Source: an uncultured Clostridia bacterium | Lineage (GTDB): Bacteria; Bacillota; Clostridia; Christensenellales; UBA1242 | Assembly (NCBI GenBank): GCA_944384535.1 | Contig: CALWTS010000005.1 | Coordinates: 9,870-73,869 of the forward strand | DNA length: 64,000 nt | Direction: 5' to 3' | Shown: positions 27,081-35,349 of the stretch, one piece after another | How positions within the stretch are numbered: the first letter of the stretch is position 1 | How the letters are laid out: each line of letters begins with the position of its first letter | Notes under the pieces: model-generated | The model's input: only the letters and a program-made list of their open reading frames with translations | The model's database searches: none | Told to the model about the DNA's origin: nothing | Program-made: the position numbers and the translations under genes

Positions 27081-30000
27081 ATGATATTTAAAAAAATTGA
27101 AATGGTTGGGTTCAAATCTTTTGCAGATAGAACAGTTATAGAATTTAATGATAATTTTACTGCTATTGTTGGTCCAAATGGTTGCGGTAAAAGTAATGTA
27201 TCTGATGCTATTAGATGGGTTTTAGGTGAACAAAGTGCGAAAACTTTGCGTGGTGATAGCATGCAAGATGTTATATTTAATGGTACAGAAAAAAGAAAAA
27301 GTTTATCATATTGTGAAGTTACATTAACATTTGATAATTCCACAAGATTTTTTAATTTTGATTATGATGAACTTGCTATTACGAGAAAATTATATCGTTC
27401 TGGTGAAAGTGAATATCTCATTAATCGTAATACCTGTCATTTAAAAGATATTACAAATTTACTTTATAACAGTGGTTTAGGGAAAAATGGATATTCTGTA
27501 GTAAGTCAAGGTAAAGTTACAGAACTTGTTGATGCAAAACCTGAAAGTCGAAGAACAATGTTTGAGGATGCCGCTGGAATTTCTAAATATAAAAATGACA
27601 AAAAAGAAGCAGAAAGAAAACTAGAAAGAACAAATGATAATCTTACTCGTGTTAAAGATATTCTATCAGAAATTGAAAGGCAAATGGGACCTTTGAAAAA
27701 GCAAGCTGAAAACGCAAAAAAATATCTTGAATATAAAAGCAAATTAAAAGATTTAGAAGTGAATGCTTATATTTTTCAATTTGAAAATGCAAGTGATGTT
27801 AAGGAAAAAATTAATATTAAATTGGATGCAATTAATAAACAAATTGATTTGAGACAAAGTGATATTGATGAGGCATCTTTGGCATACGATAAAAGCATGT
27901 ATGATCTTGCTAATTTTGATAAAATGTTAGCTTCTTTAAATGATAAAATATTAGAACTTACAATAGGACTTGAAAAACAGGAAAGTGAAACAAAATTAGC
28001 TCGAGAAAGAGTTAATTTTACATTAAAAGAAAATGACAGATTAAACTTAGACAAAACAAATGCAGAAACGGCTCTAGAGTTTGCCGAAGAGGAAAAAGAA
28101 AAGAAATTAAATAATTTGAAAGAGTTTACTTCTGATTTGGAAAGTCTTGAAAAATCTTTCGATGAACTTTCCCAAAGTTACTTAGAAATTGCAAATGAAC
28201 TCACACTTAATGAAGATGAAGCAGGTCAAAATCAACAAAAAATCATAGAAACTCTTGGCTCATTAAGTGATATTAAAAGTTCTGTTTCTAGGTTAAAAGC
28301 TGAAAGAGAAATTTTAACAACTAATTTACAAAACTTAAAAAGTGATAGCAAATCCTTGGGAGATAAAAAAACTGATAATGAGAAACTTTATTTAGAAACA
28401 CAAAAATCTCTAGAAATAAAAGAAGAAAAACTTGTTCAATTAAAAAAAGATATTGAATTAATATCAGGGAAAAGTTACGTTGATGAACAGAATTTAAAAG
28501 CTTTAGAAAATGAAAAAGGAAATATTAACACACAAATTAAAGTATATGAAAATAGGAAAAAGCTTTTAACTGATTTACAGAATGAGTATGAAGGCTACTC
28601 TTTTGCTATTAAAAAGTTATTGAGAGAAAGTGAAAAAAATCCTGTTCTTAAAAAAGATATTATTGGTGTGGTTGCTTCTTTAATTAAAGTTCCTGAAAAG
28701 TTTGAGACAGCAATAGAAGTTTCTTTGGGAGGAGCTGTTCAAAATATTGTAACTTATGATGAAGATGGAGCAAAAAATTTAATTCAATTTTTAAAAGAAA
28801 ATTCGTTTGGTAGGGCAACATTTCTTCCTTTAACTTCAATGAAGCGAAGAGATTTTAACATGAACTTAATTAAAGGTGTAGAAGGTTGCTATGGATTGGC
28901 TTGTACTTTAATAGATTATGATAAAAAAATTGACAATGTTATTAGTAACCTACTAGGTAATACTGTGATTGTAGATAAACTTTTTACTGCAGTTAGTTTA
29001 GCTAAAGCTACTGGCTATGCGTTTAGAATTGTTACTTTAGATGGCGATGTTGTTAATCCGCAAGGCTCTTTGACTGGTGGTAGTAAAAAATCTGAGTCTT
29101 CTAATTTAATTGGTAGAGAAAGAGAAATTGAAACTCTAGGTCAAGAAATTATAAAATTAAACAATAGAAGAATAGAAATTGAAAATGAAGTCAAAGAAAG
29201 TTTAAATAGTTTAGAATCTATAAAAAAACAAATTATTTTTAAAACAGAAGAAAAAACAAATCTTGAGATTATAATTGCATCTGAAAAAGAAAAATTAATT
29301 AAGTATAATTCTATAGTTCTAGAATCTACAGATAATTTAAAAGTTACAAACATGGAAGCAACAACTGTTGAAAATAAATTAAAACTCATAGACGAAGAAT
29401 TGCAAAAATCAGAAAAAATTGAAAGTGCATTATCTGGAAATAAAGTGGATGCTGATGAGTTAATCAAAGAGAAAAAGGAAAAGTTTGAAACATTACGAGT
29501 TAAACGCGATGAACTTAATGAAAACATTTCAACAGTTAAAGTTGAAATAGCTCAAACTAGAACAAAATTATCCTCTTGTGAAGATGATTTACATAGATTA
29601 GAAAATGAAATAGGAAAGCAAAAAAGTCTTATTTTATCACTTAATGAACAAATTACAAAAAATGAAGATTTTATTTCATCTTGTGAGCTTATGATTAAAC
29701 AAAAATTAGCTTCTGCTCCTTCATCTGAAAAGAAAAGTGAATTAGAAAAATATGTTAATCAAAGGCAAAATATAGAGCAAAACAAACTTGAACTTTCGAA
29801 TAAAATAAAAGAAATTGATAATCAAAAATCATCTTTAATGAATGAATTATCAAGTTTAAGAGATAAAAAATTTAGAGAAGAAATGAATTTATCTAAAGTA
29901 GATACTGAATTAGAACAAATGCAAGAAAGAATTTATGAAGAATATTCTCTATCTTATAACACTTGTTTAGAACTTAGACGTCAAGATTTTGATATTAATG

Positions 30001-30665
30001 TTGCTATGCCTGAAATTAGTAAATTAAAAAAAGATATTAATGCTCTTGGTTATGTAAATGTTAATGCTATTGAAGATTGTAAAGCTTTGTTAGATAGATA
30101 TGATGACTTGAATAGTCAGGCACAGGATTTAGAAAAAGCACAAGAAGATTTAGTTAAAATAATAAAAGATTTATCAAACATAATGATTGAAAAGTTTAAG
30201 AACGAATTGTTTAGAATTAATGAAAGTTTTAAAATTACTTTTAAAGAATTGTTTGGTGGCGGAACAGCAAAACTGGCTTTATCAGATGAAAATGATCCTT
30301 TGGAATCTGGAGTTGAAATTTTTGCTCAACCTCCAGGTAAAAAAATTCAAAATATGACACTTCTTTCAGGTGGAGAAAAATCATTAACTGCTATGGCTGT
30401 TATTTTTGCAATTTTAAGAATTAAACCTTTACCTTTCTGTTTATTTGATGAAGTTGAAGCTGCTTTAGATGATACAAATGTAGAAATTGTTGATAAATAT
30501 TTAAAAAAGTTATCTGGGGACACTCAATTTATTTTAATAACTCACAAAAAGCCAACAATGGAGTATGCAAATGCTTTATTTGGTGTTACTATGGAAGAAA
30601 AAGGTGTTTCAAAAATTGTTTCTGTTTTATTATCAGATGCTATAAAACATGCTCAGGAGGCATAA
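27081..30665 (+). CDS. smc: Chromosome partition protein Smc
   Basis: 1194 aa. FKSFADRT..GPNGCGKSNV Walker A, long coiled coils, a hinge (GVVASLIKV...), LSGGEKSLTA and LFDEVEAALD. Confidence 0.95.
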   Translation: MIFKKIEMVGFKSFADRTVIEFNDNFTAIVGPNGCGKSNVSDAIRWVLGEQSAKTLRGDSMQDVIFNGTEKRKSLSYCEVTLTFDNSTRFFNFDYDELAITRKLYRSGESEYLINRNTCHLKDITNLLYNSGLGKNGYSVVSQGKVTELVDAKPESRRTMFEDAAGISKYKNDKKEAERKLERTNDNLTRVKDILSEIERQMGPLKKQAENAKKYLEYKSKLKDLEVNAYIFQFENASDVKEKINIKLDAINKQIDLRQSDIDEASLAYDKSMYDLANFDKMLASLNDKILELTIGLEKQESETKLARERVNFTLKENDRLNLDKTNAETALEFAEEEKEKKLNNLKEFTSDLESLEKSFDELSQSYLEIANELTLNEDEAGQNQQKIIETLGSLSDIKSSVSRLKAEREILTTNLQNLKSDSKSLGDKKTDNEKLYLETQKSLEIKEEKLVQLKKDIELISGKSYVDEQNLKALENEKGNINTQIKVYENRKKLLTDLQNEYEGYSFAIKKLLRESEKNPVLKKDIIGVVASLIKVPEKFETAIEVSLGGAVQNIVTYDEDGAKNLIQFLKENSFGRATFLPLTSMKRRDFNMNLIKGVEGCYGLACTLIDYDKKIDNVISNLLGNTVIVDKLFTAVSLAKATGYAFRIVTLDGDVVNPQGSLTGGSKKSESSNLIGREREIETLGQEIIKLNNRRIEIENEVKESLNSLESIKKQIIFKTEEKTNLEIIIASEKEKLIKYNSIVLESTDNLKVTNMEATTVENKLKLIDEELQKSEKIESALSGNKVDADELIKEKKEKFETLRVKRDELNENISTVKVEIAQTRTKLSSCEDDLHRLENEIGKQKSLILSLNEQITKNEDFISSCELMIKQKLASAPSSEKKSELEKYVNQRQNIEQNKLELSNKIKEIDNQKSSLMNELSSLRDKKFREEMNLSKVDTELEQMQERIYEEYSLSYNTCLELRRQDFDINVAMPEISKLKKDINALGYVNVNAIEDCKALLDRYDDLNSQAQDLEKAQEDLVKIIKDLSNIMIEKFKNELFRINESFKITFKELFGGGTAKLALSDENDPLESGVEIFAQPPGKKIQNMTLLSGGEKSLTAMAVIFAILRIKPLPFCLFDEVEAALDDTNVEIVDKYLKKLSGDTQFILITHKKPTMEYANALFGVTMEEKGVSKIVSVLLSDAIKHAQEA

Positions 30666-30670
30666 ATATT

Positions 30671-31567
30671 ATGGGAATATTTAAAAAAATAGGTAATGCT
30701 TTAAAAAAAACGCGTGAAGCAATTGCAAGAAAGATTGATTCAATGTTGAGTCATGGAGAATTAGATGATGATTTTTATGATGAACTTACAGATGTTTTAA
30801 TTTCTTGCGATATAGGGGTTAGAACGAGTATGGATATAGTCGATAACCTTAGAATTAGAGCAAGAAAAAACAAATTAAGAACTTCTGAAGATGTAAAAGA
30901 ACAATTGAAGGAAATTTTAAAGGAAGATTTTGCACAAGTTCCGCAAATAGAAATTCAATATCCTGCTATTATTACAATAATCGGCGTAAATGGTGTAGGA
31001 AAGACTACTACCTTAGGAAAGTTATCTAAATATTTTAAGTCTTTAAAAAAAGAGGTTACTTTGGTTGCAGGTGATACTTTTAGAGCTGCAGCTTCTAATC
31101 AATTAGCAGAGTGGGCTGATAGAACAAAAACAAGAATTATTAAACATGCTGAAGGTGCAGATGCAGCAGCAGTAGTTTTTGATGGAATTTCAAGTGCAAA
31201 AGCGAGAGGTACTGATGTATTATTAGTTGATACAGCTGGAAGATTACATACTAAAACAAATTTAATGGAAGAATTAAAAAAAATTGATAAAGTAATAAAT
31301 AAAGAATATCCATCTGCACACAAGTATACATTTATTGTTCTTGATGCCACAACAGGTCAAAATGCTTTAAATCAAATAAATGCTTTTAATGAATTTGTTA
31401 AGATTGATGGAATTATTTTAACTAAATTAGATGGTACAGCTAAAGGTGGAGTCATTATAGCTATTGAAAAAGAATATAATTTACCAATTGCGTTTATAGG
31501 CGTAGGAGAAGGCGTAGATGATTTGGAACAATTTAATTACAATGATTTTGTAGATAATTTATTTTAG
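30671..31567 (+). CDS. ftsY: Signal recognition particle receptor FtsY (short form, NG domain only)
   Basis: GVNGVGKTTTLGKL, DTAGRLH, TKLDGTAKGG; 298 aa. Confidence 0.95.
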   Translation: MGIFKKIGNALKKTREAIARKIDSMLSHGELDDDFYDELTDVLISCDIGVRTSMDIVDNLRIRARKNKLRTSEDVKEQLKEILKEDFAQVPQIEIQYPAIITIIGVNGVGKTTTLGKLSKYFKSLKKEVTLVAGDTFRAAASNQLAEWADRTKTRIIKHAEGADAAAVVFDGISSAKARGTDVLLVDTAGRLHTKTNLMEELKKIDKVINKEYPSAHKYTFIVLDATTGQNALNQINAFNEFVKIDGIILTKLDGTAKGGVIIAIEKEYNLPIAFIGVGEGVDDLEQFNYNDFVDNLF

Positions 31568-31576
31568 GAGCAAAAT

Positions 31577-31846
31577 ATGGGTGAATATATTGAAGAAAAT
31601 AATTTTATATTTGATACACAACTTTTAATTGAAGGTCAAAATCTTTCAGAAGATTCTATAATACGCTATATTACTGAAAATATTGAAGGAGACTGTCTTT
31701 TGGTTGTTGGAGATGAGGAACTTATAAAACTACATTTTCATACAAATACACCATGGAAAGTTTTAGAATATTGTGTTTCATTAGGTGAGGTTTATGATGT
31801 TGTTATAGAAAACATGCCAAGACAAGCTAGAGGATTAAAAGGTTAG
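31577..31846 (+). CDS. Stand-alone 89-aa protein resembling the central region of FakA/YloV (DAK2-domain fatty acid kinase); may be a gene remnant
   Basis: GDCLLVVGDEELIKLHFHTNTPWKVLEYCVSLGEVYDVVIENMPRQ parallels the FakA segment GDSLLVVGDEDLVKVHVHTNxPGKVLE...G.L..IKIENMREQ as I recall it. GGAG lies upstream, 9 nt after the ftsY stop. Confidence 0.45.
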   Translation: MGEYIEENNFIFDTQLLIEGQNLSEDSIIRYITENIEGDCLLVVGDEELIKLHFHTNTPWKVLEYCVSLGEVYDVVIENMPRQARGLKG

Positions 31847-31854
31847 TTTTATTA

Positions 31855-31882
31855 TTGACATTTTGATATTTTATTTTATAAT
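31855..31882 (+). promoter_or_regulatory. Sigma-A promoter candidate
   Basis: TTGACA (31855-31860), 16-nt spacer, TATAAT (31877-31882). Confidence 0.5.
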
Positions 31883-31907
31883 TAACTTAACAGGAGGTAG
31901 TAAATAA

Positions 31908-32549
31908 ATGACTGAAGAGGAAATAATGAAAAAAGCTATTGAGAGTGAAAGAACATATTTTTCTTGTTTAGATGAAGTTATATTTTATTTAAAATCGGCA
32001 AAAGAAAATGGATTAAACATTTACGTAGAATGGAATGGAAGAATACTTTATTCATTGCTAGATGATGAAGACTCTTGTTATAAAAAATTCACTGGTTTAA
32101 GTAAAAAAGATTATCAAGAAAGAGTGAAAGAGTGGAAAAAAAAGTATGAAAATGTTAAATATAAGGCTAGATTAAATAAAAAAAATGAATTCATTGAAAG
32201 AGGAAAAAAAGTAATTTATCCTCAACTTCATAAAAGTTGGGAAGATTATATAGAAAAAAATCTTAATGGGGAATTTGATGGAGACGAAATAGAAAGTGCT
32301 TTAGAAACCATGGAATTCCTAGACAATGGCGGTATAGCAGAGCAAGGAATGAAAATGTTAGAAAAATTTTATCAAGCTAATGGCTCATTTGCTAAATCAA
32401 TAAACTTAGTTATATATTATTCTAAAAAAGGTCCAGAGTTTTATGAAAAAACTTTAAAAATGAAAGGATATGATATCCCTCAATACATAAAAGATATTAA
32501 AGAAAGAAATTATTTATATGAAAAAGAAAATGAAGGTGAAAACCAATAA
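31908..32549 (+). CDS. Hypothetical cytoplasmic protein (213 aa)
   Basis: AGGAGG upstream, with its own promoter and terminator. Charged, helical composition and no recognisable motif. Confidence 0.5.
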   Translation: MTEEEIMKKAIESERTYFSCLDEVIFYLKSAKENGLNIYVEWNGRILYSLLDDEDSCYKKFTGLSKKDYQERVKEWKKKYENVKYKARLNKKNEFIERGKKVIYPQLHKSWEDYIEKNLNGEFDGDEIESALETMEFLDNGGIAEQGMKMLEKFYQANGSFAKSINLVIYYSKKGPEFYEKTLKMKGYDIPQYIKDIKERNYLYEKENEGENQ

Positions 32550-32559
32550 TTTTACAAAC

Positions 32560-32590
32560 TGCAACCTAAAAATTTAGGTTGCTTTTATTT
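32560..32590 (+). terminator. Rho-independent terminator
   Basis: Stem GCAACCTAAA (32560-32569) / TTTAGGTTGC (32572-32581) followed by a T-rich tract. Confidence 0.7.
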
Positions 32591-32658
32591 TATAGACAAG
32601 CAAATTTCGACAACTTTCAACATATACAAATAATATTGAGTAAATTTCTCAAAGGGCG

Positions 32659-33390
32659 GTGTATATGATTTATGAAAGTTTTGCAAAATTTATTGGTAGG
32701 ATTTGTTGTTTTACTTCTTTCGTAAGTACTATTCAAGGGTTTCCAAAACCGTTAACCAAGGATGAGGAATTGAAATGGATAGAAAAATTAAATAAAGGAG
32801 ATAAAGAGGCAAGAGATGTGTTAATAAATCATAATTTAAGACTTGTAGCACATATAGTGAAAAAATATAATAATTCTTTAGAAGCAGATGATTTAATTTC
32901 TGTTGGTACAATTGGTTTAATTAAGGCAGTTGATAGTTTTGATGAAAATAAAGGAGTATTATTATCTACTTACGCCTCGCGTTGTATAGAAAATGAAATA
33001 TTAATGCTTATTAGATCAAACAAAAAACATAAAGATACTATCTCATTAAACACTGTTTTGTCACCTAAAGAAGATAGTGATGAAATGGAGCTTGCCAATT
33101 TGATTCCAGCAGAAAGTGAAGATGAGGTTTTTCATCAAGTTGAAGTTGAATGTCTTATGAAAGATGTGATAAAAAACATGGAAAAATCATTAACTACAAT
33201 GGAACAGGAAATTATTAAATATAGATATGGAATTTGTGGTTATGAACTAAAAACGCAAAAAGAGGTTGCTAAATTATTTAATATATCGAGATCTTATATA
33301 TCAAGAATAGAATCAAAGGTTATTAAAATATTACAAAAAAACTTTTCAAAAAAAGAAGGTAATCAAGAAGATAAAATAGATAGTTTTTAA
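32659..33390 (+). CDS. sigK: Sporulation sigma factor sigma-K precursor (uninterrupted gene)
   Basis: Hydrophobic pro-sequence then FVSTIQGFPKPLTKDEE (compare B. subtilis YVKNNAFPQPLSSSEE). HNLRLVAHIVKKY, DLISVGTIGLIKAVDSF, YASRCIENEILM, and region 4 ISRSYISRIE. The start is GTG 32659 or ATG 32665. Confidence 0.8.
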   Translation: MYMIYESFAKFIGRICCFTSFVSTIQGFPKPLTKDEELKWIEKLNKGDKEARDVLINHNLRLVAHIVKKYNNSLEADDLISVGTIGLIKAVDSFDENKGVLLSTYASRCIENEILMLIRSNKKHKDTISLNTVLSPKEDSDEMELANLIPAESEDEVFHQVEVECLMKDVIKNMEKSLTTMEQEIIKYRYGICGYELKTQKEVAKLFNISRSYISRIESKVIKILQKNFSKKEGNQEDKIDSF

Positions 33391-33555
33391 TAGTTTTTTT
33401 ATTTTTTGAAAAATTTAATAAAAATTCTTGTTTATTAAAAAAAATAATTATATACTAATAGAAGTAGTATTAGATTACTACAATTTTTAGTGATTTGATT
33501 GTAATTAATTTTTATTTTTTAATTATAATTTTATATAAAATTTATAGAGGTCAAT

Positions 33556-34923
33556 ATGGAAAAACAAGAGTTTTACAAAGTTGTTGATAAATTGATTTTA
33601 CCTCTTTTTACAGGTTCTTTTATAGATGGAGAAGAAGAGTCTTCATCTCGCGATAATGAAGTTGCTTTTGGAAAAAGAAATACTTTATTAATAAAACCAT
33701 CTAAGGTTGATGAATATAGATTAATCTTAAAAAGAGGGCAACCATTTCAAACTTTTGAAGTGAATTTGCTTAGATCAATTATTTATGAAATTGAAAAAAT
33801 TTCTGCTCTAAAGCTGGAAGATGAAAGTTATATTGCTGTGTTGCAAGAAAATGCAATTGAAAAATCAATTTGTTCTAGTATTTGTGATTCTGAGTCTGCA
33901 AATAGTATGTTTGGTATAATTAATGAACTTGAAAAATGGGGCGCTAGGACTTATGAAGGACACAAAGTTGCAATCGGTATTATTATTAATTTAGGTGCTG
34001 ATATTAGCGAACAAAAAGAAACAATACACTTTACAGATGTAATGAATAAAGATTTTTTTGCATTATTATCTGATGGTATTGATTCGTACGTTGAATTTGA
34101 TAAAAAAGGTTTTTTATTAGGTTATGTTCAAATGAACAAAGTAAAAAAACTTTCAAGTATATCTCCTTATGAATATGAAACTGTAGCAAGATATTGCAAC
34201 GAAAAAAGAATTGGAATAGTTTTAACGCCAAATGGAGATTTTCTTATTTTCAAAAATAGAAATTTACTTTTTGCAAAACGCTCAGGTAATTGGAATATTT
34301 ATTCCCATGAAGAAGTAATACAACTTCTTTCTTATAGAGGTAATTATTCATTAAAGGATATAAGAAGGTCTATTTATTACACAGCTTTAGATGTCTCTTT
34401 TGCTTATTGCGGTGGTTGCATAATATATTTAAATAAAGAAAGTATTGAAAGTGCATTAACGCATATTAACGCACATGACATTGTTGATGAAAAGTACTTT
34501 GAAATAAAAAAAAGACAAGAATTAGAGTATGCTGGTAGGTTGTATAATCTACAAAATTTATCCACGGTCGAAACTATTTTTAATGTTCCTTATATAACTT
34601 TTTTACAAGAGCAAAAATGTATTAAAGCACAATGTTTGAGAAAAATAATTAACAATAGACCATTTCATGAATTAAGTAGAAAATTAAGACAAGAACTTGT
34701 TAGTATGGATGGTGCTACTGTAATAGATAGTGATGGAACAATTGTGGCTGTTGGAGCTATATTAAAGATAGAAGCAGGAAGTGAAGGAGGAGGAAGACTT
34801 GCTGCTGCAACCACTTTATCAAAATATGGTGTCGCTATAAAAGTTTCTCAAGATGGAATAATAAAAGCTTTTTATCCAGATAGAAAGAACGGAAAGGTAA
34901 AAACACTATTTACAGTAGGATGA
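33556..34923 (+). CDS. Uncharacterised 455-aa protein with a divergent DisA_N/diadenylate-cyclase-like C-terminal module
   Basis: The C-terminus MDGATVIDSDGTIVAVGAILKIEAGSEGGGRLAAATTLSKYGVAIKVSQDGIIKAF mirrors the DAC pattern HDGAvII..g.I.AAg..LP....GTRHRAA.GiSE..Da..ivVSEEtG.iS. DGA is kept and RHR is lost. AGAGG lies upstream. Confidence 0.5.
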   Translation: MEKQEFYKVVDKLILPLFTGSFIDGEEESSSRDNEVAFGKRNTLLIKPSKVDEYRLILKRGQPFQTFEVNLLRSIIYEIEKISALKLEDESYIAVLQENAIEKSICSSICDSESANSMFGIINELEKWGARTYEGHKVAIGIIINLGADISEQKETIHFTDVMNKDFFALLSDGIDSYVEFDKKGFLLGYVQMNKVKKLSSISPYEYETVARYCNEKRIGIVLTPNGDFLIFKNRNLLFAKRSGNWNIYSHEEVIQLLSYRGNYSLKDIRRSIYYTALDVSFAYCGGCIIYLNKESIESALTHINAHDIVDEKYFEIKKRQELEYAGRLYNLQNLSTVETIFNVPYITFLQEQKCIKAQCLRKIINNRPFHELSRKLRQELVSMDGATVIDSDGTIVAVGAILKIEAGSEGGGRLAAATTLSKYGVAIKVSQDGIIKAFYPDRKNGKVKTLFTVG

Positions 34924-34930
34924 TTTTATA

Positions 34931-34959
34931 TTGACAAAGAAAAATTTATATTGTAAAAT
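34931..34959 (+). promoter_or_regulatory. Sigma-A promoter candidate for rnpB
   Basis: TTGACA (34931-34936), 17-nt spacer, TAAAAT (34954-34959), 6-7 nt before the P1 5' strand. Confidence 0.55.
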
Positions 34960-34965
34960 AGTAAC

Positions 34966-35291
34966 AGTTATGCAGACAATCGCATTTTTAAAAATGAGGA
35001 AAGTCCGAGCATCAAGAGAACTGGGTGCTGGTTAACGGCCAGCGGAGGTGACTCTAGGGATAGTGCAACAGAAATAAACCGCCTATTACAAATAGGTAAG
35101 GATGGAAAGGTAGTGTAAGAGACTACCGCTTGATTAGAAATAATCAAGGCTCTGTAAACCCCACCTGATGCAAGGTCAAAAGGGCAAAAGTGCTTGTTCT
35201 CTCACGCCCTTTAAGAACCGCTTGAACTTATTGGCAACAATAAGTCTAGATAGATGATTGTTTAATACAGAACTCGGCTTATAGCATAACT
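34966..35291 (+). ncRNA. rnpB: RNase P RNA, Bacillus-type (type B), compact
   Basis: P4 strands GAGGAAAGTCCGAGC (34996-35010) and ACAGAACTCGGCTTA (35267-35281). P1 pairing AGTTATGC / GCATAACT. GTAAACCCC (35154-35162). Type-B-like TCTAGATAGATGATTG (35245-35260). The region is locally G+C-rich. Confidence 0.9.
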
Positions 35292-35316
35292 AACCAGCTT
35301 AATGCTGGTTTTTTTG
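35292..35316 (+). terminator. Rho-independent terminator after rnpB
   Basis: Stem AACCAGC (35292-35298) / GCTGGTT (35304-35310) followed by TTTTT. Confidence 0.75.
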
Positions 35317-35349
35317 TTTAAAATGTAAAATATTGGAAATAAAGATTAC

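Noticed and set aside
32591-32658. Possible sigma-E or sigma-K-type promoter (CATATACA) upstream of sigK
   Set aside because: I could not place a matching -35 element at an acceptable spacing, so the CATA-like match alone is too weak in DNA this AT-rich.
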